Positions 14,101 through 25,990 of a DNA stretch of 64,000 nt are shown here, one piece after another (position 1 is the stretch's first letter; each line of letters starts with the position of its first letter). Under the pieces are notes generated by a model. The model searched no databases and was not told where the DNA came from. It saw nothing but the letters and a program-made list of their open reading frames with translations. The translations under genes were made by a program, and so were the position numbers. The DNA is taken from the NCBI RefSeq assembly GCF_963853765.1, contig NC_088855.1:41912001-41976000 (forward strand), given 5' to 3'. The stretch is from Magallana gigas. Its lineage: Eukaryota.

Positions 14101-17100
14101 GATAAGTTGTAAATTTTGAAATCACCAATATAGTGCCACAATAAGGATTTATGGTAATGGTACTTTGGGTGCGTCTTTTAACCCCAAGGAACCCCAAGGA
14201 ACCCCAAGGAAACCCCAAGGAACCCCAAGGAACCTCAAGGATACCCCAAGGAACCCCAATGACAAAAATTAATAAATTTTAATACCCAAGGGGTCTTATT
14301 GGACTTCAAGGGTCACCTCTTAGTACCCCAAGGAACCCCAAGGAAACCCGTAAGAACCCCATGGAACCCAAATGATAAAGTTATTAACCAGTGATACCCC
14401 AGGGGTCTCATTCAAATCAAAGGCTCACCCCAAGGTACCCCAGTGATAGAAATTAATAATTATTTATACCCAAGGGGTCTCATTTGAATCCAAGGGTCAC
14501 CTTGTAGTACCCCAAGGATACCCCAAGGAACCCCAAGTATACTCATTAGAACCCCAAGTAACCCCAATAATAGAAATTAGTAACTAGTGATACCCCAGGA
14601 GTCTCATTATACCCCTATACCCCCACAAATGAAGTTTAGGGGGGTATATTGGTTTCACCCTATCCGTCCGTCTGTCCGTCTCTCTGTAGATGCAACTTTG
14701 TCCCCCCTATAGAATTTTTTACTACTGCATGGAACAGTCTGAAAATTTGTACATATGTTGATCACCATCTGAAGATGTGCACCTGTAATTTTTTTTAGGA
14801 TCAGACAAGATTTAATGATTTTATGACAGTTTTCATTTTCCTCATTCTATTTTTTGTTCACTGATGTTGAAAAGTAAGGGAGGTAATCCTTACAGATTTT
14901 ATTAATTAATTTATAGCATTAAAACACCCTAAAATATATTTATATAAATACATTCAAATGGAGGTTTTTTGTCTTTATGCGTTAACTAAATTTATCTTTT
15001 ATAAGTATTCTATCAACTGACAATGCAGATTTTTTGTTTGTCAATGATAAATTCTTAGGAGCTGGCTGAATTCATTTGTCCCAAGGGGGCCATTATCTGA
15101 GCCATGGTTTAGATGGAGCATGTTTGTATGGAAAATTGATAATCTGTAAAATGGGCAGTGGCTTTGGGGCTAATTTAAAAGGAAATAAATAATATCATTA
15201 TTAGAATAAAGAAGTGAACTATTTTTAGAAGTTGTTTAAATTTATTAGTCATGCAAGTTGATGAAGTGACCCTATGGGGAATTTAATTTAAATTAGATTT
15301 AAAATTACTGTCGTGATATGATTGTAGTGTTTCCGCAATTTTAAAATTGTTTGTAATAATAATTTTCTTTCTTACATATTTTTACATAGTATGGTAATTA
15401 TGGTAATGTTTTGGGAGTTTATTAAATTTAACAAGCCTGTCAAAGAAAATCATATATAAAGTCCTATGGGATCAATTTTCTGATATGGAGTTCCATTGAA
15501 CCATAGCAGAAAGTGAGGAAAATTTGAAACAACTAACTGCATCTGTTAAGACTCTTATTAGAAAGATATTCAAAGTTTTATCAACAGAAGAGCATTGCTT
15601 GGCTACCGGTATTTCCATTTACTGCAAAGGGTGGGATTATTGTCATTTTGTTGGTTTTTCATTAAAACATTTAAATAAAAAAAAATATCATCAGATACAT
15701 TAATTTGTAAATATATTACTGTTATACATATGTATTTAAAGTGATAAGTACCCCAAAGAACCCAAATGAATCCCAAGTATACCAATGAAAACCCAAAGGA
15801 TACCCTTGAGAACCCCATAGATACCTCAATGGTGGAAAGTAAATTTGATGACCAAGGCCGGTCTCATTAAAAATCAACGGGTCACTCCTGATACCCCAAG
15901 GATACCCCAATTATAAAAATTGATAACTATTGATACCCCAGGATACCCATTGGAGTCCAAAGGTCAACTATTGGTACCCCAAGGATACCTGTAGGAACCC
16001 CAATTGCAAGGTACCCAATTGATAAAATTTAATAACCACCCCAATGGTTGTACTGTAAAACATATTACTAATTAATACCCAATTACTCAATGGAATATCA
16101 TAAAAACATCTGGGCAACCCAAGGAACACTTGTGATACCCCAATACATACTGGTATGATAAAAATAATGTTTCTCCTGACTTAAAATATCTGTTCACTTT
16201 GGATGAATTTAACAATTAATGTTGTCAAATCGGTTGAAAATCATAATTGAGTACCGTTAATCGGCAGAATTTGTTGTCTCTTACCAACTGATGATCAGCC
16301 AATATTGAATCAGTAACAAATTATATCAAATTCATGAAAATAGGGCACTAAATTTCATGTCACCACAAGGAAGTCTGCAATTCTTCCGGTGAACCATTCA
16401 TATGAACACTTAATATGACAATGTTTCTTCGGTGAAATTTTCAAATGAAGTGGGGAAAGATATTGTTCAGTTACAAAGACCCAAACTTGTTTTAGGCCTA
16501 ACAAAAAAAATTGTGTGTTTAGGGTAACATTGATGAAAAAATTAGGTTAGGTAGGTAGGGATTTTTTTTTATTTTATCATATTTTTTTTTGTATGAATCC
16601 TAAGAATGTTTGTTTGTTTCATATTTAAAAACGTATTTTTTATTGGAAATAAGATAAAATCACAATCGGATAAAATCAGACATCTATTACACTGTAATAG
16701 ACTGTAATACAGTGTTTTCCCCAGAAAATTTTTGAAGCATGGGGGGGGGGGGGGGGGGAGTTTGTCAGAGTAAGTGCGAGGTGCGGCATTAAAGCGCCTA
16801 AGCCGGCGAAATCACTGTGTGTAATAGTATAACCATTTGATGAAACGTACTACATGATATGTACTATAACTGATGCATTTTCATGAAATCTACATCAACA
16901 AGTATCATTTCAATTCATAATTATATTTTAATATCTGTGTATATTTAATATACAATTTTTCTGGGTTTTTTCTGGCAAAACTTATAACATTTTTTTTCAA
17001 AATCAGTTTTTTAAAAGGTTGGTCCTCACAAGTTTTCACAAAACACAAGAAATATAGATTCACATGGCAGTTCAACATCAGCTTCTGTCCCACTCCTTCT

Positions 17101-20100
17101 TCTACATATTATATAGAAGAGATTTTTTTTAGGGGGTGTTGAACAAGAAATAGGCAGAACAAGTCCATACAATTACAGCAAACTTGATTCAACTTATTCT
17201 GGGCAGTTAATATTTCTTGTTTAAATTGGGGGTCCATATGAAAGTTTCTGTGATATCTTGACACCAGTCCCCTTCCCCGTTTATGTGTATGTACACAGTC
17301 AATCATTTTCATAGGCATACAATATACAATGTTTCTAGTCATGTGACATCGCTTCCGTGCATTTCTGCAAATAACTGTAGTTTTTTCTTTCTTTATTATG
17401 TACATTTTTTCAAGTTTCCAATATCCTTGCGGCAAATAAAGAGTTCAAGCACATCGAATCCAAGCTAACTCCATCGAGTGAACATTGTGCTATTTTTAGA
17501 TTTTGGAAAATCCACAACATTCGATAATGGCGGAGATGTCGAAAAAAGCACATTATATTAAAACAAGAAGTAATCACGTCTCTATTTATGCATTAATCAC
17601 CAATTAATAAACTCAGTTTTAATATATCTTAATCATAAGCTAAGTCCTTAAACCGTAAACCACGTGTGCCCCCTTGCTGAGATCGATGTCGAAATTAACT
17701 GCGCTCACTGCGGGTGCAAGTGTTTTTCCTGAAGTTTGAGCGGAGAAACGACAACTTTATATCTACTAATTACAGTTAAGATGTGTAATAATTGGAAAAA
17801 GAATTTTGCTTTGAAATAAACATGCATAGCGGGAAGCATGGCGGCATTGTGTGATGCATGGCGGGGGATCTTCAATGCATGGCGGTACCGCCATGCAAAA
17901 TCGGCCTGGGGAAATTTTTAAAACACTGTCTAAAAATGGTAGGATCGGGCCATTTTTGTAGGTTAGGTCGGGTTACCCGAAACACACAATTTTTTTTGAT
18001 AGGCCTTACTATTGACATAGGGGGTGTTACCCTTATTGGAGTACTTTTGAGAAAAGACAAGAAGTGATCATGGAAGTGTGGAGTGGGGCTATCTCCCCTT
18101 CGTGGGTACAACACAATGGATTGACCCATTATGCGCGCAGAATGTTCACCTGAGAGGCACCAAAATACCTGTTAATTGCAGGTAGACACCCGTTGTATAT
18201 TGGTGGTAGCTCTCGGACAGGGATTAAAGGGCCAACATAACCCTTTACATGTATACACAATGGCTTCACCATCACTGTTGCAATATATTTACCTACACCT
18301 ACATCTCCTTGTTTATTGGTAGACAACCCTTGTGAATTTTGGGTGTCTTCCCACTATGCTAGAATTCTGAAATTTTTATGGGTGACTGATTTTAGCTAAG
18401 TGGGAATGGTGCTCAGGTAAGGGTTTCAAAGAACAAAGGAAATTAATTACAGGTAAATTATAGTCTGTTCAATTATTGACCTTAAGCAAATTTTTAATAA
18501 AAAAAAATAACAGGCAGTTTTTTGAGATTATGTTTAAAATAAAGTTTAAAAAATTAATTAGATACTTGTAATAGAAGTAAATTTTCATAATTAAAAAGGG
18601 TTTGTTCTATCATGTCTATCATGATTGATCATACAAGCTAATTTTTATTTCATGTAAAATTACTCAATATTCATTCTTTTGACATGTTTGAGGAGAAGGA
18701 AAACTATGACATTACTACCCCTTCTATGTCCCTTATCAAGAACCTTGAAAAAATAAACATTATATGGTTCAAGTTTTGGGCTGTTGATTTTAATAATGAA
18801 AAAAACTATAAATGTTAATAAGAAATGCAGAGGAATTATCACGTACAGCATACAATTTGGCTACAGTGGTTATGATATAAAAGAATTAAATGCTCAACAA
18901 CATGTACATTTAGGACTACATTTTCAGACTGATGGAACTATTTCAATATTTTACACCTGAAATTCAGAAAAATTCTTGTAAAAGGACTATATATATGATA
19001 TGGGCCTAAAATGGCCCCCTAAAATGAACATCATCATTTTTCTTTGTACAGATATATATGTGATGTTTTTACATAATGTTCATTTTGATTCAACTGCCCA
19101 GAATTTAGAAATATGACATCGTAAAGACAACCTTTTCCTGCCATTTTTGCATTTTTAGCATAAAACAGCTTGTTTTCAAGCAGTTTTTCTTTCAGAAAAA
19201 ATAGAGAGCATGCTTGAACAAACAAAATATTTTAATCAGAGATGTATCTAGCCAAGGCTAATAAGTGACAAAAATTTTTTCCCTGTTCAAGCATGCCCTC
19301 TATATTTCCCATTCATAAAAAGATAAGAAAAATGTAAATTTTGGACTGATTTTGATTGAAATATAGAAATAGCGTCACTTCTGACGTCATTTTCTGCCAG
19401 TGAGTGCAAAAAAATCAAATAAATAGGTGAAAAATAAATTTTACATCAACTCTTCTAAAATATAACATAACATATTATTGTACCTGAAACACTTTAAAAA
19501 ATTGCGAATAATGGGGGCCAAATTTAACTCATATCATATATATAGTTCTTTCGTACTTCAAATCACCATCTACCAGTTGAAGTGGGAAGATGGGAAGGTA
19601 TCCCATTAAATGAAAGATTTTGTCCTCTCTGTTACAAAAAACGTATAGCCGATGAATTTCATTATATTTTAGAATGTGATGCAATATCACAAGTCCGAAA
19701 CAAATTTATAGACAAAAATTTTTCGGCTAGACCAAATGTGTTTTAAAGTATTACATATTAGGGTATCCTTGGGGTTGTATGGTGTATCAAGAGTTATAAA
19801 TCTGTATGATTAGGATATCTTTTGGAGTTCCTTGGGATTTCTGTGGGGTTCCCTAGGGTTTATAGAGGTTTTTAGAGGCGTGTCTGGGATACCAATGAGT
19901 CCCCAGTGGTATCAAGAATTTTTAATTTGAATTATTAGGCTATATCCTTGGGGTTCCATTGGGTTCTATGGGGTATCAAGTTTTATGAATCTGTATTATA
20001 AGGGTATCCTTTAAGTTCCTTGGGGTATCCCTGGGGTTCCGTGGGATACCTAATGGTGTCTGGGATATCAAAAAGCCCCGAGGGTGTATCCAGATATATA

Positions 20101-23100
20101 AAATTGTGTTATTAGGGTATCCTTGGGGTTCATTTGGGTATCAAAAGCTATATTACTGGGTATCCTTGGAGTTCCTTGAGGTATCCATAGGGTGTGTCAG
20201 GGATAACAATGGGGTATCTGTATTATTACTATTAGAGTACTATTAGGGTATCCTTTAGGTTTCTTGGGGTACCCATGGGGTTTCCTGGGATACCTTGTGA
20301 TTTGTCTAGGATATCAAAGAGACCCAAAAAGTATCAAGAGATAAAGTGTATCCTTGGAGTTCCAAAGGATATCAAGAGTTATAAAATTTATATAACCAAT
20401 ACATGTATAAGAATATCCCTAAAGTTCCTTGGGGTATCCGTGGGTTTTGTCTGAGATACCAATGAGTCCCTACGGGTATCAAGAATTTAAATTTGTATTA
20501 TTAAGTTATCCTTTAAGTTCCTTGAGGTATCCTTGGGGTTCTGTGGTGTATCAAGAGTTATGAATCTGTATTTTTAGGGTATTCTTGGAGTTCCTTGGGA
20601 TATCCCTGGGGTTCCCTGGGATTCTTAGAGGTGTATCTGGAATACCAATGAGTCCCCAGGGTTATCCAGAGTTTTAGATTTGTATTGCAGCGTATTACGG
20701 TATCCTTGGGGTTCTATGGAGTATCAAGATTTATGATTCTGTATGATTAGGGTATTCTTGGAGTTCCTTGGGATATCCCTGGGGTTCCCTGGGATTCCTA
20801 GAGGTGTATCTGGAATACCAATGAGTCCCCAGGGTTATCAAAAGTTTTACATTTGTATTACAATGTATTAGGGTATCCTTGGGGTTCTATGGAGTATTAA
20901 GAGTTATGATTCTGTATTATTAGGGTATTCTTGGAGTTCCTTGGGATATCCATGGGGTTCCCTGGGATTCCTAGAGGTGTATCTGGAATACCAATGAGTC
21001 CTCAGGGTTAATAAGAGTTTTAAATTTGTATTATTAGGGTATCCTTGGGGTTCTATGGAGTATCAAGAGTTATGATTCTGTATTATTAGGGTATTCTTGA
21101 AGTTCCTTGGGATATCCCAGGGGTTCCCTGTGGTTCTTAGAGGTGTGTCTGGAATACCAGTGAGTCCCCAGGGGTACCACGAGTTTAAAATTTGTATCAT
21201 TAGGGTATCCTTGAGGTTCCTTGGGATTCCTATGGTGTATCAGGAGTTATAAATCTGTATTATTAGGTTATCTTTGGGGTTCCTTGGGGTATAATTGGGG
21301 TACCAAGGGTAAGGGGTGACCCTTGCACTCTAATGAGACCCCCTTGGGTATCAATAGTTATTCATTTCTGTCATTGGGGTATCCTTGGGGTTCCTTGGGG
21401 TTTCCTTGGGGTTTCCTTGGGGTTCCTTGGGGTTCCTTGGGGTTAAAAGACGTGCCGTGGTACTTTTACTGCCTCCAAATTTATACCCGCCAAATAGGGT
21501 AACCCTCAATGTAAATATGTACATGTATATGATATCAGATATTAATTGAAATATCCCAGTTGATATTAAAGAATTTATCTTCATGAATATTCTTATATAA
21601 TATACAATAAGATATACTGAGTTCACTTTAAAAGGTTTAAATTTGGCTTTTAGAGTTACATGTAAACAGTTCTTATGCAAATTGATGAAACTATTTTTTT
21701 CATTTGTACATAGGTTTTGATGGATACTTTGCACGGAAGCTAAATCAGACATCAAAATTTGGAGCATGGGTAAAACTTAATAACTCTCTAAGTGTTTTAT
21801 CCATGATGTGTATTTAAAGTTGAGTGCATGTTTTTAATCACTGTGTGATACTTTTTGAAATAATTAAAGTATTATTATTTATATGTGACAAGTATATATA
21901 AAATACATGATTACTAGTGTCTTGAAATATAAGCTATATTTGGGCGAGGGCAAGGCTTGCCGAGCCTTCTTCATGTTTTCAACCAAAGCCCAAATATCGC
22001 TTACTGGTCTGGTATATTTCAAGCCAGTTATCATGGATTTTGTTTTTCCTGCATCACATGTTGCGCCTAAAACAAGCTTCATTTAACATATTTCGCTGCA
22101 TATATGGAGTTGACACTATGAAACCATGGCATAAACAAAGCAGGAAATATGACATCACAATGCATTTGAATGTCAGTTAAAAGCACCAGGCTATATTGGG
22201 ACAATGACCGAATATAGCTTTGGTTTAATGGGTTACCTTTATTCAGTCAATGCAAAAGGTAGATGCAGGATAAATTGAACTATTAAGAACTGGTAAGTTT
22301 CAACTGAGACCTATCAACACAAGGTCCAGAATCATTATTGTATGCATCTTCCTATAACAAGGAACAAAATATTCAGAATGCAGCTGTTCTCTTTTGAAGA
22401 AAAAAAACAGAGTAGTTACATTTGTCAGGACATGAAGAAAATAGATTTGTATAACAAGAACCACTGAAAAATTTTATGAATCATGTGTTTGAGGCATTTG
22501 TTTTTATTTTCAGTTTGATGTTGTCATTGATTTAGTTAGCAGAGGAGGGCTTTGGTGTATGCTTTACAAAGTAGGTCTTGCATGTAAAATTGAAGAGATC
22601 TAAAAAATATAACTATGGTTGCATGTGTTCATTGATCTATGTCATTTAAAAATTGCAAAGGAATGTTTAAATGTTCACTGGTATATGAACTTAGTTGGTC
22701 ACATGATTAAATCTTGTGAAGCCTAAAGGGCTTTTCAAAAGATTTGATCACTTACCAACAAAATTCATATCCCAGTGAACTCTTTAACATTGCTGTTTAT
22801 TACTAATATTTACTAATACATGTAGTTCATTCATTCAGAATTATAACCATTTTAACAAGAGTTTGGACTTTGGGTAGTTGTGTCAAACAGCAATGCGACG
22901 TAGGTCTGTCTAATTTAAATGCTGACCATTCAGCCATGGCTCTTTTAAATCAACAAGATTTGTCTGGTTTTTGAGCTAAGACGACACAATCTGTGTATAC
23001 TTCTCTTGAAACCAGCATCATTTTTAACTTGTTTCGAGGCAAGAAAAAGAGTTACATCCTACTGAAAGTCCAAGGTCTTGTTAAAATGGTTCTATTAACA

Positions 23101-24270
23101 TTACTGAGTTCTTATGTTTACAATAATGCAACTGTCAAACAATAAGCGCATGTGATAATTATTGTGACATCATTAAAAGTTTCAGTATGTTTGTAAAAGA
23201 AAACATATGTGTTCATGTATTTGCAAATGTAAATCTTCGTAGATGTATTAATGAAAGCATATTTTAAAAAAATAATAAATATTTTTATGATATTTTAAAG
23301 CAGAATTATTCTCTTTTTATAAAAAACAGTATGGATATTTTATAATACTGGTGGAATGGCTTACTTTTCTTGCAACACATTCAAGAGGGCCTGATTGGAA
23401 AACTACAGATGAAGAATTTCCCTATCTATGCAAACTTGTAATGGCAAAAGGTAAGTTTTCATTTTTCCTTACATAACTTTGAATTTAAAGAGCTGATATG
23501 ATACACTTTTTATAGACATACCAGTATATCAAAGCGTGTATTATTCATATATTGCATCGATATTTCAATACACTGTCCCTGCCATAGCTTCTTGAAACTT
23601 CTTAGAAACTTGGTGTATTCAGTTTTTCCATGTAGCTAAAAGTTACAAACAATCATAAGATAATACATGCAATGTATGCTCAAAATTATGAAATAAAAGA
23701 CCAGTTTATAGGTACTTGATTAACCTTGTCAATAAATGCACTAAATACAGTGCTAAATACCATAATGAGTTGTTAGAATATTAAGTTTCAAAGTACCGGT
23801 AGAAACTACCAATTCATTGGCAAATTACCATTTCTTTTAACTTGTTACCTAGGTTTTAGGACCCCACTTGGAGTAATTGCTATATCTGGGGTCCATGGGT
23901 TACCTATTGCTTTGTATTGCCAGCAGTTTTCTTTTATGGCACCTGCAATATTGAACACAATTATCCTGATCCTCATTCTTGGGAGAATCCTGGCCCTAAG
24001 AGTAGAGGTAAGAGTGGTATGCTAGTATATATATATATGCCCTAATCATCTTTAAAAAAATAATGTTAACAAAATGTAAAAAAAAAAATAAAAAAAATAA
24101 AAATGTATATTTTAATTTCATGTGAATTCAGCAATTGTTATAAATTCACTCATCTAATCTAGAGGTTAATTATGATATTCTCTTTTTCCTCTCAGGTCTT
24201 CTACATTCAGTGTCATCTAAAAAACTTGCTACTGAGTGAAGAAAATTCTCAACCAGTAAATACAGATTAA
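11174..24270 (+). CDS. CDP-alcohol phosphatidyltransferase, phosphatidylinositol-synthase (PIS/CDIPT)-like paralog, 7 exons, 199 aa
   Basis: Exons 11174-11213, 13918-14013, 21714-21769, 22514-22570, 23330-23450, 23853-24007, 24196-24270; all GT-AG and phase-consistent (600 nt). Protein MGYDVLIFVPNVIGYVRLILFGASIPFFEQPVWFLTLYGISVSLDGFDGYFARKLNQTSKFGAWFDVVIDLVSRGGLW...GFRTPLGVIAISGVHGLP...GRILALRVEVFYIQCHL... Contains the full DxxDGxxAR-x8-GxxxDxxxD motif and the PIS-type N-terminal PNxIGYxR. Not present in the ORF track. Confidence 0.9.
11352..12091. mobile_element. MITE with ~120-bp TIRs and 8-bp TSD (hAT/P-type)
   Basis: AAGTCGTACCCAACCCGACTCGCACCCAAACCAACTCGTACCC... at 11363 is inverted at about 11960-12080. 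TACTACTT flanks both ends (11344-11351 and 12092-12099). Confidence 0.8.
12120..12203. repeat. 84-bp palindrome with a perfect 42-bp core
   Basis: CGCTTTTATATTGTGACGTGC|GCACGTCACAATATAAAAGCG (12141-12182) is perfectly self-complementary; the outer 21-bp arms have 3 mismatches. Confidence 0.9.
12240..12854. mobile_element. MITE with CAGGTCC termini
   Basis: Left CAGGTCCATGTCCAGTACAAGCACTAGATTTAGCTAACTTGATTTAC matches the reverse complement of the right end (GTAAATCAAGTTATGTAGCTAAATCTGGTGACTGTACTGGACCTG). No clean TSD. Confidence 0.6.
13248..13600 (-). mobile_element. Decayed RTE-clade LINE 3' fragment
   Basis: Frameshifted minus-strand translation gives ...LWKRTKQQP..., WIGH..., SNITKQALAWNPQGQRKKG, matching the RTE ORF C-terminal WNPxGxRxxG motif. 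Confidence 0.7.
14607..14910. mobile_element. HINE/Helentron-type non-autonomous element nested in the foldback left arm
   Basis: Begins ttatacccc...gaagtttagggggtatattggtttcaccctatccgtccgtctgtccgtc, i.e. a subterminal hairpin followed by a (GTCC/GTCT)n microsatellite as in DINE-1/pearl-like elements. Confidence 0.6.
16495..18005. mobile_element. PIF/Harbinger-type non-autonomous element (TTA TSD)
   Basis: TTA|GGCCTAACAAAAAAAATTGTGTGTTT ... AAACACACAATTTTTTTTGATAGGCC|TTA: 3-bp TTA duplication at 16492-16494 and 18006-18008, TIRs of about 35 bp. Confidence 0.75.
16710..17928. mobile_element. CAGTG-terminated element nested in the Harbinger-type element (possibly hAT-derived)
   Basis: CAGTGTTTT...CCCCAG...GCATGG at 16710 is mirrored by CCATGC...CTGGGG...AAAACACTG ending 17928. 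No TSD seen. The internal sequence only faintly resembles a hAT N-terminus. Confidence 0.4.
18983..19549. mobile_element. Kolobok-like MITE copy 1 (AGGACTAT...)
   Basis: TIR AGGACTATATATATGATATG..TGGCCCCC is inverted at the right end; internal inverted pair gagcatgcttgaac / gttcaagcatgc. Confidence 0.6.
19552..19746 (+). mobile_element. LINE ORF2 C-terminal fragment with CCHC knuckle (RTEX/CR1-like)
   Basis: Translates RTSNHHLPVEVGRWEGIPLNERFCPLCYKKRIADEFHYILECDAISQVRNKFIDKNFSARPNVF*. Confidence 0.8.
20578..21250. repeat. ~170-bp tandem array inside the foldback right arm
   Basis: The unit start GGTATTCTTG recurs at 20578, 20751, 20924 and 21090 (periods 173, 173, 166). Confidence 0.85.
22843..23094. 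mobile_element. MITE with AACCATTTTAACAAGAG-TTGGACTTT TIRs
   Basis: Left AACCATTTTAACAAGAGTTTGGACTTT, right AAAGTCCAAGGTCTTGTTAAAATGGTTCTA. Same family as 50692-51267 and a solo end at about 56030. Confidence 0.7.
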
Positions 24271-25049
24271 AAGATCAATGCAACTTCCCCACTCCAAAGA
24301 ATATCACATACTGCTGCTTTACTTGTTTTAATTAAGTGCAATTTGATATCAATTTTTATTACCAGTAATTTGATTCACCAACATATACTAATTAAATAAG
24401 TATTTTTCTATAACTTTCTCCACAAAATTTACATGTAATTTGTGAGCACTGCTTTATAAGAATTACAAGTTTTTCTGATAAAAATGTACCCTGTTCATGT
24501 ATAGATTACTTAGGTTTTTTTTAAATATACATGGTATATTGATCAATCAAACTTAATAATGTGTTTTATTATATTCTCTAGTCAAAATCTTATACACTGT
24601 ATACAGGGTCAAGCAAATGATAAAATTATTCGACTTCACTAGCATTTGCTCCATTGACTGAAAGAATGTGCAGTGTTCTATGATATCCAAAATACCAAAA
24701 TACCTCAGCATTCAATGTATAGGGTAAATTTGGTGACCCTTGACATTGTTTCTGATATGGTCATCTGTTCAAAATTTGAGTCTAAAAATGATGTTATCCT
24801 GTATGTGCAAATATTTGTATAATTATTCAATTTATTAAACTGGCCTGTGCACTGTTTACATTTTGTATTAAGTACCTATGACATTCATCAGGGTAATTAT
24901 TTTTTTTTAATAAAATATCAAACTTTGCATTAAATGACTCATGATAGTTGCATTGTCTTCCACTCATGTTTTATTATACATGTAATGTTATCTTGTTGTT
25001 GAAGTTTTATATTATAACTGTTGAAGTCAGTTTTATTGTCTTTTATAAC

Positions 25050-25990
25050 AAGAGTTTTTACTGTGTAATTTTAGTGTTTTGATTCAGTTTTCACTTGTGG
25101 TGTACTGCACATTTCACCAAAGTACCGGTAGTGTAAAAAGTATTTGTTTTAATACATTTTTGGTGTACTACACTTTTTACCATACCAGTGTAATATTAAT
25201 GTTTTGATACAGTTTTGGAGTTCTGCACTACACTTTTACCATACTAGTGTAAAGGACTATGTGCGGTTTTATGCATTTTTTGCCCCCAAAATCAAAGTTT
25301 TAGAAAGAGCTTTAAAAATAGATGAAAGATACTTAAAATCATATTGGAAATAAAGGTGTAAAAGGTTATCACCACAGTGACGTCATAATGTAGAAATTAC
25401 GTCATGAAGATTGCATTATTTTGATAAATTGATGTTTTGTAGCAAAATATAGGTGTTTACCGATAATTTTTGACTGGGAAACATCGAGCGCAGGCTTGCT
25501 CAAGTACCATTTTTTAGTATAATGTGTATAACTATCTGAAGAAGAACAAATGTTAAAATCACACTTGAGCAGACCTGTGCTCTATACTTCCAAATGCAAA
25601 ATACAGAACAAAAATGAGAATATTTTCCTTGTTTTGCAAATTTGCGGGAATTAGGTCATCTCGGTGACGTCATAGATAAACAGCGAATGAGCAAATGATG
25701 ACTAAAATCAAGATAAAAGTTATAGGCATCCTTTATACAATGATTTGTGAAGATTTTATTTTTAAATGATACTATTTAAAAATTGGTTGAAATCGGGGGG
25801 CAGTTATTTGACCATACCGCACATGGTCCTTTGTGTTTTGATACAGTTTTTGGTGTACTACACTTTTTATCATTCCAGTGTAATATTTGTGTTTTGATAC
25901 TGTTTAGGTGTTCTGCACATTTGACAAGTTATTAAGTGTAGCATAAGTGTGTTTTAATAATTTTAGTGTAGCTAGTGCACATACTAACAT
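25050..25990. repeat. Degenerate ~60-bp minisatellite interrupted by a MITE
   Basis: Recurrent gttttgatacagttttgg(t/a)gt(a/t)ct..cactttt(t)acc...agtgtaa units on both sides of 25253-25830. Confidence 0.6.
25253..25830. mobile_element. Kolobok-like MITE copy 2
   Basis: AGGACTATGTGCGGT...TGCCCCC ... GGGGGCA...ACCGCACATGGTCCT; nearly colinear with 27781-28356. Confidence 0.75.

Larger units (their letters stand above)
14167..21457. mobile_element. 7.3-kb foldback-type (Mutator-like) element with repetitive inverted arms and 9-bp TSD
   Basis: TGGTACTTT flanks both ends (14158-14166 and 21458-21466). Ends GGGTGCGTCTTTTAACCCC / GGGGTTAAAAGACGTGCCG are inverted. Arms are built of (GGAACCCCAAGG)-like units on + at 14180-14600 and 15740-16150, and inverted at 19760-21445. 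Occupies about 95% of intron 2 of the CDP-alcohol phosphotransferase gene. No transposase recognised. Confidence 0.8.

Noticed and set aside
16200-18360. TatD-nuclease-like words on the minus strand inside the foldback element (VGRHPK, KPLCIH, YFG, DSP), interrupted by the Harbinger-type insertion
   Set aside because: The motifs fall in different frames and are spaced far more tightly than in TatD, so they could be chance. An HMM search (TatD_DNase) on the sequence with 16495-18008 removed would decide.
14180-21445. Regularly spaced short repeats superficially resembling a CRISPR array
   Set aside because: Units are degenerate, have no unique spacers and form the inverted arms of a TSD-bounded element in a eukaryotic intron; no cas genes.
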